Shown piece after piece: positions 25,501 to 38,693 of a stretch of DNA of 64,000 bases. Numbering within the stretch: position 1 is the stretch's first letter; each line of letters begins with the position of its first letter. Made by a program: the position numbers and the translations under genes. The notes beneath the pieces are model-generated. The model did no database searches and was not told where the DNA came from. It saw only the letters and a list, made by a program, of their open reading frames with translations. The stretch lies in the NCBI GenBank assembly GCA_964016885.1, contig OZ024740.1, positions 31,558,001 through 31,622,000 of the forward strand, in the 5' to 3' direction. Source of the stretch: Eledone cirrhosa (lineage: Eukaryota).

Positions 25501-28500
25501 GGCCAATCGTGAGCCGCGCACGGATATGTATTTTCAACTTCCGCCCAAACTGAGATTTTCTCGCTACTTTCGATAAACTCTTTCTCTTGTTGCTTCAACT
25601 GTGAAAAGGTAAACAACCATTTTTTCTTTTACCGTTCAACCCCTAGCCAATATGTAATGACAACAACATAACTACGGCCTGGCCAACACTTCAGCCAGTT
25701 GACCGTACCTTCTAAACTCTTAATTTGTTTATTTCTTTGTTTTGGCATGCCAGATCAACTCAGCTCAACCTTTGTAATTGGTTTGTAAATAAATTATGTA
25801 AAAACATTGCAAAGTCTTGTGATGCTATTTACCACAGCCATGCCTTTAAATGTGATATGGAAAGATTCTTTCCAGAGTTATATTCACAGCAGCAACAGAA
25901 CCTGAGTCTTACAGCTGAACCTCAATTCGACTTACATTTTTTTTATATAACAAACCATACCTTTTCTGTTACAATACATTATTATTATTATTATTATTAT
26001 TGTCATTGATATTATTATTACATGGCATAATATTATTTAACAGCTAAACTGGTGACTATTAAATGTCTGCTATATTGGTGGCCTCTGTTGATAGCACTAT
26101 CCTTTTTCCTTTGACCAAGCTATTGACAAAAACAAAAGGGAAATAGAAAGTAAGGATTAAAACCTTACATAAGTTGCATATTTCATTTGTAGAGTATTTA
26201 AAGACTTTTATTCATCTAACCCTTTCTTTACCATATATCCAATGAAAGACACTGCCTATAATTTTCAAAATGATCAAGAATTTGGAGGGAATTAATAATA
26301 TAATTAACCTTTTCATAATTAGGCAGCTGTTTTGAACATAATGAAGGTTCTTACATAAAATTATGATGGAAAGTTTTGAAATAAATATGAGCACTTTAAA
26401 ATAAACTGTTTTGTATCACAGAACCAGTGGCAGTACCAGCTGGTTTGATATCAAAAGGGTTAAACAGTTGTCATAAAAAAACAAACAGCTTACTTTTTGA
26501 AAAATATTTTTTTTTTTGTGAAGCAACAGTCCTTAATCACAAAAATGTTTTCTTTTTAATTATTTTCTGTAAAATATTCAGTTACTATATATTTCTCTTT
26601 TTTTTTAGTCTGGTCTATCTAGATTTGAGGTTCAACCATCTCACCAATATCTGTCCTCCAGCTATGTGGACAAGTAAAGTTCTGAAAAAAATGTATTTCT
26701 CCGATAACTTAATGTGTGAGGTAAGTTCATTGAAATTGTTCATTATGTTGCTCTGTGTGTATGTATGTTTCTGTAATTGTATTTGACTCTGCATGTGTGA
26801 GCAGTGGTGTATTGCTGCAGTGCATGGGGTTGCAGCTGCACCCCCAAAAAATTGTTGTCAGAAAATTTAGTTAATTTTGTTAGAAAATTAGTAATTTCTG
26901 TAAGAAAATTAATCGTATTTGTTGGAAAATTAGTCAATTTTGTAAAAAAATTAGTTATTTTTGTAAGAAAATTAGTTATTTTTGTAAGAAAATCAGTCAA
27001 TTTTGTTGGAAAATTATGAGCATCTGTAACACCCAAAATGATACAGCAATACACTTATGCATGTGTATGTTAAGGAAAATACATCTCTAGTTAATCAGAA
27101 TAAATGAGGGGAACAAAATAGCAACAGATAAATCAAAGACAATAATCAATTAATTAGTTAGTTAATTACTTTACTCATGAAATTATACATATTTATTGTT
27201 GCTATATAAATCCAGATGAGTTCTGATTGAGCAGACCCCTGGCCAAAGGCATTACAACTGTGACTCTCATATCTTTAGAATATTGTATCTAGTATTACAT
27301 TATCCAACATGCCTTTTTCATGTACTAAACAACACTACTCTACCATGATGGTGGAAATGATCTAAAGAGATAAAAGGTTTAATTTGTATTTTATGTAATG
27401 ATGCCCATAATTTCCATCATTTATTTTTGTTAAGTCCATGTTAGTTTTGAAAAGGCATGAAGTTTTGAAAAGGCATAAATAGTGAGAACAAATAATAGGG
27501 TGTGTATGAATGTATACAAATAATAGAGTGTGTATGAATGTATACAAATAATAGGGTGTGTATGAATGTATACAAATAATAGGGTGTGTATGAATGTATA
27601 CAAATAATAGGGTGTGTATGAATGCATATACAATATGTTAATGCTTAATAAACATACAAGAATCTCGCTATGGAATTTTTAAGCTGTGATCATGTCACAA
27701 CTATCCCAGTAGCTGTGTAAGAATGCCACATAGCTGTTTCAGATTTGTATCCATCATCAGTGACATTTACTCACTAATTAACTCATTACTGAAACAAAAA
27801 TAAGCTAAAGCCTATATGGGTTTTTTTTTTGTGTGTATGAAACATTGGCTGGAAATGCTCATTTGCATATAATATGAACTTAACTGATTACAATTAATTA
27901 GTTGTAGCACTGACATAGCATGGTTCATAATAGGTATGATATCTTTATGTCTATATAAACATACAAGAGTCTTTCTATGGGTGTTTTAAGCTGTGATCAT
28001 GTCTCAGCTATATCAGTAGCCTTCACATTGTTCTTAATCTGCAGATTACTGTATATACTCGAATATAAGCTAATCCAAATACAAGCTGATCCCCCACTAC
28101 ACCCACACCTATATTGTGTCTGGGAAATAGGCAAAAATCAAAACCTTGTTTATAAACCAAGGCAACTAATCAACACATTGTTTAGGTCGCATATATAAGC
28201 CCACATCCCATTTTACCATCCATTTTTTTTATCACATATTCCTTGGCTTATATTTGAGTATATATGGAATATTCTTATAAAATACCATTTCTTTTATAGT
28301 TGGATTTATCAAGAGGTGCAACAAATTGGAGTAACTTAGAAGTTTTGGACATATCCAACAACCTCTTAACCAAGGTATATATACTCTTTATTATTCCATA
28401 TTCATATTAAGATGAACTTATTGTAAAGTTGTTGGTTTTATTACTACAGCATCTGTATTTATTTTTCTGATTTACCTGTAGTTATCACCTGTTTTTAACA

Positions 28501-31500
28501 TTTCTTCACAATTCTATGAGATAACCCCTTTCAACTCTGTAGCTTATATCATATAATAAGACTAAATTTTCCAGTCAGAGTATTCAAATTCTTTGAAATT
28601 AAATAGTTTCTGATATCTTTACTTGTTTGATTTTGTTGTTATCACGCCTGATTGACAAGATCTATAATCGAAGATCCAGAATATTTTGAACAGAGACTTT
28701 TGACTCCATGTTTATAAAAAGATATTTGTATAGAAAACTTGTTTTTAAAGATAAGCTTTAAATTGAATGTTTTCTTTTAATATATTTCTGCTTTAGCTTC
28801 CAAGTGAAATTGGTCTCCTGAAATCTCTGCGAACATTAAACTTTAGCTACAATAAAGGAATTACTAATCTTCCAGATGAACTTGGAGCTTGTGACAAAAT
28901 ATGGGAGGTATCAATTTTGTTCTATGATTAAACTATTTCAATTGATTTATCCTCATGTCCAAAATACAAAATACAGGGCCTTCTTACTTCTATTGGAGGA
29001 ACATCTCCTTGGTTAACCTCCACTGTTTCCTATCTCTGGCCATATTGAGCCATGTGGGCCATGGTATCAGGTCAGATCATCATGCCATCTGACCTTTAAC
29101 CACCCTCTGGTTCTTCTCCACTAACTTGGTGTCACTCTAATAGGCCACCTGTTGTCTCTGAAATGAGAGACGTGGCCAGCCCATCTATGTTTGCCCTTCT
29201 TGGTGGTTTCAATTATGTCCTTCATGCTAGTCTGCTGTCGAATCCTCATGTAACATAGAGTAATATAAAACCATTATAAAATGTACTATGTGGACCTACT
29301 GACTCAGTTCTCCAATGCCTATGTTGTTTGCTTATATCCTGTCAGACTGGCATTCTATTCTGCCATGCACTTCTGTTTACTACTGTTATTTAAACTGCGG
29401 TCTGCATGGATCAGTGACTATTTAACATCATTGCTTTAATCTGAGTTCTTTGGTAAGGCATATGTTTATTAACCTTTTCTAGGCTTAAATAACAAATATT
29501 ATTTTTCCAGTGATTTTTGTGGAGACACCCCAAGTTAGGGACCATACATATGGCAGGTGTGTGTGTGTGTGTGGGGGGGGGGGGATTCTGGTTATTTCCA
29601 ATAAAAATAATTATTATCTTGTCATCAAAAGACAGTGGTGGATTGGCAGTGTCATCATTAGAGCATTGGACAAAATGCTTTGCGGTATTTAGTTACAACC
29701 CTTTATGTTCTGAGTTCAAAAGGTTAACTTTGCCTTTCATCGACAAGGAGTCAATAAAATAAAGTACTAATTAAGTACAGGGGTTCCTATTATCGAGTTC
29801 CCCTAGCCCTGAATTTCTGGTCTCATGCCAAAATTAGAAATTATTATCTCTTAACCAAATAAGCTGAGGCATATAGAATTAATTTTGCTCCAACACAGCA
29901 GATATAAACAAATATCTCAAGAATTGGTAGTATATTGATTAATTATTTGGATTAGAATAAATCATTTTTAAGCAGAAGAGTTGTTGGAGATACTTTCAAG
30001 ATTGTAATCCAAAAGAATCACTTATATTTCTCCAGAGACATTCTTAAGAAGTTTCATATTTGTTTTAACATACAGGACTTAATAATCATCATCATCATCA
30101 TTTAATGTCTGTTTTCCCTAATAGCAATGGTTGGTTATGTCATCACAGATCAAGTCAGTACTGAGTTGGATTGACTGACCTCGCAGATGGGCCAAAGGCC
30201 TGCATCTCACTTACATAAGTCTCTGCACTCAGTTGAGTGCTTAGATAGGGTGGGGGCTCACATCTTGCTTACGAGACTGTACCGTGTGCATTTTCTCAAG
30301 GCACCAGAACTCAAGAGATTGTCATGTCTTTGACCCTTTGTTGGACAGATTTTCTACAGCTGGATGCCTTTCTCATGACTTTTATAGATTGTACTGGATA
30401 CATTTATCATGTAGATCACCAAACACCAGAGATATTGTCTTAATAATTATCCTTCTTCTTCTTTGCCTACTTATTCTTGAGAGGGTTGTTGGGGCAGAGT
30501 CCTCAAACACTTCTTCCAGGGGGTCCTGCCAGAAGCAACCATCTCCACTGGTCCGGCTGGATCCCCAAGTGAGACCAGCCAAGCTCATGGATGTTAGTTA
30601 TCCCATTACAGATATATCATTTCATGTAAGCAATGATATGATATATTTTTAACTTTTAACTATTTTTAACATTTAATATCTGAATTTTTGTAATATCTGT
30701 TAGCAGAAATTATTTATAAACAGGTTCTTTAATTCAGATGTTTATAGTATCTTTTACTTGTGGGTAGATCTTTGTGAAAATTTGTAGCAAGCTAAAGTAA
30801 AGGTTTTAATTTTTAATTTGATGCAGCTATAGTGCTGTTTTGTGCTTTTCAAGAATGTCTTGCTAATGTGATTTCATGTGGTACAGGACATTAAGAGTGA
30901 AACATTAGTAGTTCTGTATATGCATTTTTTTCATTCATTCTTTTGATTTATAACACTACTCTATAGTCATGAATCTTGGGTAATGACTGAAAGAATATGA
31001 TCGTGAATACAAGTGGCTGAAATGGGGTTCTGCTGAAGAGTCTTTGGAGTAATGTTACTCAATAGAGTGTGTAACTTGGAGATCAGAGAGTCACTCAAGG
31101 TAAAGCCGCTACTTCTCCAAATTGAAAGACCACAACTTTGATACTAAGGGCATGTGGTTAGAATGTCTCAGGAAAGAATCGCTGGAGAGATTTTATCAGC
31201 AAAACCAACAGGCTGGGGATCCAGGGATAGACCCCGAGCAAGATGGTTGGATAACATCCATGAGCTTGGCTGTTCTTGTTTGGGGATCCAACCACATCAG
31301 TTGGATACGGTTGCTTCTGACAGGACCTGCTGGAAGGAGTGTTTGAGGACTCTGCGGGTTGTCTCCATATGCCTTATTTTAACCATAATTAGTGATAGAG
31401 AAAATGATTGTTGTCATCCCTAAAAGTGTAATTTTAATTAATTAAAATGCTTTAGTTTACTATATCAAGTTTTTTCTTTTTCATAACAGTTGTGAGGCAT

Positions 31501-34500
31501 TGTACCTTGTGTACATATGTATGTATGTATGTAGTGGCCAATACTAACAGCATGAACTTGTCAATGAAAGATTATCAGCCCCTGTTCATCTGTTCTGTCT
31601 CTCCAATATATAGAACTGTCATGAGCAACCTGCAGCTCGTGAACCTTTCTGAATGGCTCACCTAAGTCACCTAAGTGAAATCTTTCTGATGTTTTTACCC
31701 CAACTTTTCAGTCGTAATTTATCTTTCTATCATTTTTGCAATCGAGGAAAACAACGTGTACGAATTCTGAAGAAACAAATCAAAACAACCTGAGTTACCA
31801 CTCTTTTTTTTAAATGTGGGCACGAATGAAAATTAGCACTTGTAGCCTGCCTGAGAATGAGCCATATCTCATGCAGCCCGCTTCTCGAAAAAGGTTGCCC
31901 ATGCCTGATATAGAATCTCAGGCTAACACTAACGGCATAAACTTGTTGATAAAAGGTTATCAGCCTCCATTCATCCTTTCTGACTCTTCATTGTACACAT
32001 CCCCAGGTGTATGCAATCTCATGATCCCTGTAAGCAGATTATAGAAAGCATTACTAGGGTCCACTACATAATATTCTAATGACTCAGTTTTTACCATTCA
32101 TTAGAGGAGGGGGCCCACACATTTGTTTTGTTACTATTAGCTTTAACCCTTTCAATAGCAAATGACCTAAAACTGTGCTTGTCTCTATGATACAAAACTG
32201 TTTGTTTTACAATATATATATTTATTTAAAAACTTCCTATCATAATTTTATATAAGAACCTTTGTTGAGTTGTGTTCCAAACAGCTGCTTCATAACAAGA
32301 AAATTAGTTATATTACTAAATCCTTTTCGAAAAACCATAGGCAATGTCTTTCATTAGAAAAGTGGTAAGTTAGCTATATTACTAAATCCCTATAAATTCT
32401 TGAATATTATCAAAATTATAGGCAGTGTCATTCAAAAGAAATAATATATTTTGTTTCTGTTTAAAATATAACTGTTTTCTCTTCAGATGCCCCTAGATGG
32501 AGTTGATATCTCCCTCAATAACAGACTTTTGAAAGGCAGAGTAAGAGACATCATCTTGGACCTTAGTTACAGATTAAAAAATGTAAGAAGTTTGATTCTT
32601 TCTAAATTTTTACAAATTTAAATCTATTAAAGTACTTTTTTATGTAATGATCTTATAACTGCTTTGTTTTTAGTGTTGAGCGAAGGAGGGAAGGGCATAC
32701 CTATACCTATGGCAACGGTCTAGGGTTTCAGTGACTAGTGGAAGGGAGCTAGGTATCATCAAACTGGAAGATCTGTTCCAAATGCTTACAACACAGGTGG
32801 GTGTTAAATCAAGCATCAGATTAAGTTTACCATCCAAGTAGGTCCCAGCAGGATTTGAAACTTAGAATGCAAAGAGCTAAAAGAAATAACATAAGACAAT
32901 AAATTGTAGCATGCAAGAGAGAAGACTGTGATGGTATGGACATATGATGCGCATGGAGGATGACCGCTGGTCAAGAAATGCCAGTAGAAGGAAGACGCAG
33001 TAGAGGAAGATCACAAAAAACATGGACGGAGGTGGTGAGAGCAGACCTCAGATTGCTGAAGCTCACAGAGGAGATGACAAGTGGAAAGATGGTGTGCTGA
33101 ATATGACCCGTCCCACCCTTGCAAGCAGGGCAAAGTGGACATAAAATGATGATGATGATGATGATCTCATCTGATACCCTAGCAATTACAAAGACAAGCA
33201 TTAGTGTAGCAATGAAACAGTTCCAATGAGGACTTGAAACTGGATCAGAAAAGTAGTTCATAATAGAACTTATCAGGAGGAAATTATATATATGTATATC
33301 ATCATCATCATCATCGTTTAACGTCTAACTTCCACGCTAGCATGGGTTAGACGGGAATTGTCCCACTTGAGGAAAGGCTGGTTGGGTGACCGTGTCTCGC
33401 TCATATAGGACTGTCTGGCAGGTTTTCTACAGCTGGATGGCCTTCATAACGCCAACCACATTTAAAGTGCAGACTGGGAACTTTTTACCGTGTTACCTAC
33501 ACTGCCACATTACAGCGTGGACTGTGTGTTTTTTTGTTGTGACACCTACACAACCTCATTTATTTAGGACTGGATGTTGTGGTACCAACATAACTTTATG
33601 GAGAAAGGGGTGTTGATGGTGGGAGTGGAGTGGAGTAGGGGTAGTGGGATGGGGGTGTATATTTGGTTAAGAGGTGCCTACTGACTGTAGGCATCACTTT
33701 ATACATAGGCAAGGCGGGTCTTCTGTATTACTGCGTAGCGCCAAAGATCCAGTGACATTGTCTTAGAGAGGTGTAAGTGTGTAAGGTCAGAATTTATCAA
33801 ATCGTCCCAGGTTTTTCTGGGTCTACCTACTCCATAACTTCCATCAATTTTGATTGCCCTGCACTTTTTTATACAGCTGTCGTCTTTCATGCGCATCACG
33901 TGACTATCTCGAGTAAACAGCATCTGATCCCTCTTATTCCTAATTTCTCACTTAGTTCATTTATGCTTTGCCGTTCACGTATATTACTATTACATATCCA
34001 ACGGAGCATGCATGCTTCGTTCCTCTCCAGTCTGCGTATATCCTCTGCACACAATGCCCATGTCTCACTGCCATGTAACAAAGCTATTCGTATACAAGCA
34101 TCATACAGTCTGCCTTTCATTTTTAGAGAGAAACCTTTAGCAGCCAATAGTGGTATAAGCTCTCTGAACTTTTTCCATCCAGTTCTGACTCTAGCTACTG
34201 TACTTTCAGAGCACCCTCCACCACTGCTGATTTTGTCACCCAGGTAACGGAAGGTGTCTACTATTTCTATAGAACCATCTGGGCAGTAGAAGGAGCTAGT
34301 ATTCTGTGGGCACTTGCTACTTATTGCACCTGAGCACCGGCCACATATAAAATCTATGTTCTTAGTTAGCTTACCTGTGATCCCACTACATCTTTTATGC
34401 ACCCACATTTTGCATTTGGGACATAAAATGGAATTTCTACCTACTCCTTTCCTACACACTGAGCATGGCCATTTCCCAGATGGGACCAGTGCCCTATTTT

Positions 34501-37500
34501 CCTTCCTACATACTAGAACTTTAGTCTTAGGCAAGTTAACTTTAAGGCCTTTTGATTCTAGGCCATGCTTCCATGTTTGGAATTTCTTCTCTAGTTCAGC
34601 CATAAATTCGTATAGGAGTTCCCATGGGCAGCTGGTCTTGAACTCCTCTGTTATAGCCTGAAGGGCAATTGGAGGGGGCTAAGGACAGAGCCCTGATGAA
34701 CACCATATATATATATATATAGCTCCCTGATGATTTCTCACGAATGAAACAGTTCTAGTCCTGTATAAGCTCTTCTATATTAAAACTTTTATACTCTGCT
34801 ATGTATTGAGTACCTTACTTACTGTGGTTACCTCCAATTCAACCCGGAATAACTTATCATCATCATCATCATCATCACCGTTTTACGTCCGTTCTTCCAC
34901 GCTAGCATGGGTTAGACGGGTTGTCCTGTTGTGGGCAGTGTCTGGTCGGCTGACCATGCCTTGCTCATACAGGAACTGATTTGGCTTGATTTCTACAGCT
35001 GGATGCCCTTCCTAACACCAACCTCATTTACAGTGAGTGCTGGGTGCTTTTTTTCCGTGGTGCCTACACGTCCACTTTACAGTGCTCAGTCTCTCTCTCA
35101 ATTCATTTATGCTTTGTCGTTCACGTATATTATTGTTACACATCCATCGGAGCATACAGGCTTCGTTTCTCTCTAATCTACGTAAGTCTTCCACCTTCAG
35201 CGCCCAGGTCTCGCTACCATGCAACATCGCTGTTCGGATACAAGCATCATACAGTCTGCCTTTCATTCTGAGGGAGAAGCCTTTTGCAGCTAGCAGTGGT
35301 AGTAGTTTCCTAAACTTCTTCCATCCCGTTCTTACCCTAGTTATTGCACTTTCTGAACACCCACCTCCGTTGCTAATTCGGTCACCTAGGTAGCAGAAGC
35401 TGTCAACTGTTTCTACAGGGCCCTCCCAGAGATTGGTGGTACTTGTTTCCTGTGGCTGTTTGCTGTTTGCTGTCTCAGCACAGCTGCTGCATGTGAATCC
35501 TACATTCTTAATTAAGCTTCCTGAAATCCCGCTACATCTCTTGTGTACCCATTGTTTGCATTTGGGGCAGAGAATGGAGTTCCTACCTACACCTTTCCTA
35601 CATACTGAGCAAGGCCATTTCTCTGAGGGGGATCTGGGTTCTGTTTTCTCGTCTACTTACAAGGACCTTAGTCTTTGTCATGTTGACTTTGAGACCCTTT
35701 CTTTCTAGTCCCTGCTTCCAGGTTTGGAATTTATTCTCTAGTTCTACCATAGATTCAGCTATGAGTGCGAGGTCATCAGCATACAGGAGTTCCCATGGGC
35801 ATCCGGTCTTAAACTCCTCCGTTATTGCCTGCAGGACTATGATGAACAGGAGAGGGCTAAGAACAGAGCCCTGGTGGACCCCAACCTGTACACTAAATTC
35901 CTCGCTATACTCATTGCTAATCCTAACTTTGCTGACTGCTCCCCTATACATGGCTTGTACCACTTTCACAAGCCATTCATCTACTCCTAGTTTTCTAAGA
36001 GCCCACCAGATTACAGCACGTGGAACTCTGTCAAAGGCTTTCTCAAGGTCGACAAATGCCAAGTAGAGTGGCTTACTTTTAGCTAGGTACTTTTCCTGTA
36101 ATTGCCTCACAAGGAAGAGGGCATCAGTGGTGCCTCTTCCTGGTACAAACCCAAATTGCATCTCGTCTATTGTCCCTAATCAGCTGTGCTATAACTCTTT
36201 CTGTTACTTTCATGACCTGGTCCATCAACTTTATACCTCTATAGTTTCCTCTATCTAGTGCATCACCTTTACCTTTGTAGCAGTTGACAATGATGCTACT
36301 GCACCAATCTTTTGGTATGGCCCCTTCTAGTATTACCTGGTTAATGATACGTGTGGTTATAGTGTGACCTACAGACCCAGATGCCTTCAGCATCTCGGCA
36401 GCTATACCCGATGGACCGGTTGCCTTCCCCATCTTCATATCTCTGATTGCCTTACTTACTACGCTGCCGCTGACTTGTACTGCTGGTCCCTCTATAGGGT
36501 CTACTTGGGGTAGGGTCTCTTCTTCCCATGCATTCTCCTCATTTAGTAATCTATCATAATGACTCTTCCATGCATCTTTCTTCTCAGCACTTGTGAGGGC
36601 AAGCTCACCTTTATCATTCCAGATACACTTCTCTCCAATGACATCACAACTATCTCTGACACACTGCCTCGCAATCTTGAACACCTCCTGTTTCTGGTCC
36701 TCACGTTGTAAAACATGCTTGAATTTTCTATCCTCTGCTTCCCTCTTAGCTAAGTATACTTGTCGCCTAGCTTCCCTCTTGGTCTCTATGTAATGTACCC
36801 TGCTCCCCCCATTCTTCCATTCTTTCCATGCCTGTCTCTTGGCCTTGACTGCTTCATCTACCTTATTGTTCCACCACCAAGTCACTCTCCTCCTGCTTGA
36901 GGTCTTACTCCAGCCACAGACCTCGTCCGTCTCCTCTAGTAAATTATTTTTTAGTAACTCCCAGTTCTCTTCTACATTAAATGTCTGTATCTGTTCTTCT
37001 TTACTGTATTAGGCGTTGAGTAAAATATCTTTAAATCTGTTACTGGTTGAGGGGACATTCAGCTTCCAGATCTTTCTTCTCCAGGTTGGCCTCTGTTTCC
37101 AGGTTCGTCTAGTTCTGACCGTGAGGTCGCTGACAACTAAGCTATGTTGGGATGTACATTCCTCACTAGGGAAGGCTTTTGTGTTTACGACCGTCCATCT
37201 GTCACGTCCTCTGATGAGGATAAAATCTAACTGACTAGAGTGCTCCCCTGATCTATAGGTGATCAGGTGGTTGTCGGGTTTTTTAAAGTTTGTGTTACAT
37301 ATCGACATGTCATTGGCATCGCAGAATTCTAGAAGTCTGAATCCTTCCTCATTTCTTGTGCCAACCCCATGGCCTCCATGTACTCTATTGTAGCCGTCGC
37401 AGTGTTTACCTACGTGTCCGTTAAAATCTCCTGCGATGATTAGGAAGTCCTTGTCGTCTGTTAGAGCAGTAGTGTGTATTAGGGACTCGTAAAACCTATC

Positions 37501-38661
37501 CTTAAGTTCGTCTGGCAGCCCCGATTGGGGTGCATAAGCTGATATTATTGTGGTAATTGTTTTATTCAGGACTAGTCTGAGTTTAATGATTCTTGTGTTT
37601 ACCCTGTACACTGAGATTACTTTATCTATCCACTTGTCAGCTAGTAGTATACCTACACCACCCATCCCATCGTCATTTCCCACCCAGAAAAATTTGTAGC
37701 ACTGGCTTTTTCCTACAAGGACTCTAGCAGACCCTCCTCTCCATCTAGTCTCTTACACACAGCATACATCAACTTCCTTTCGCTCTAGCATTTCTACGAT
37801 TTCTCCTGCTCTTCCTTTCATTGAGCCTACATTGATGGTACCAACTCGGAGTTTTGGGCATTTGTCGACACTCGTAGGGAAGGGTCTCTGGGTTAGCGCT
37901 TCACGTGGGTGCTTGGTAGCTCGCAGATTCATATTTCATCTATTGATTCAGAGTTGCTCAAATTTATTCTCAGCTCATCCATCCATAACGGTGGGAAAAT
38001 TGAGGGCTAGAAGAACAGTGGTGGTGGGATAATGGCAGGGTGTGTTGGGCTGCGCCAGAGGAGGAGAGAGTTAGTTAGTAGTAGTAGTAGCAGCAGCAGC
38101 AGCCGTGGAAATGGCATGCTGAGGTTTGATTGGTCGAATAGGCTATGGTGGTGTGAGGGAAATTGTGAGGTAGGCACTGGGGATCGCATGGTAAATAACC
38201 GAGAGAGATACGATAGAATTAGAATACCGCATGGTAAATATCCGAAGTTAAAACAGCAGTAATATTAACAATAATAACGTCATAAAAACTAACTAAGATA
38301 CCTTCGAAGATTTGTATGGATGGGTGGCCGGAACGAAATGAAATCAACTCTAATGATACATTTTAGCAGATAAGGGAAAAAGGGTCTTATATATATATAT
38401 ATATTAGAAAGTGAGGTTTTTTTTACAAAATGAAAAATAACCGAGGTGTCCTACACAAGTGAAAGTATAAAGAAAAAAAGATGAAATCGAAAATGCAACT
38501 GGAATCTTATTTTTTTTAAATGTGAGAAAATGTGAGAAAGACCACAGACCCTCCATCTCAACTCTACTTGTGAAAAGCAGAAGAACTGCGAAACCGGTAA
38601 AGGAACCAAATATATTTTTTTTAAAATAAGACTCCAGTTGCATTTTCGATTTCATCTTTTT

Positions 38662-38693
<32 letters not shown>

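Noticed and set aside
34727-34756. Hammerhead at CTGATGA-tttctcacgaat-GAAA-cagttc
   Set aside because: No convincing stem I and a mismatched stem II base. Kept only as weak support for the TA-insert family.
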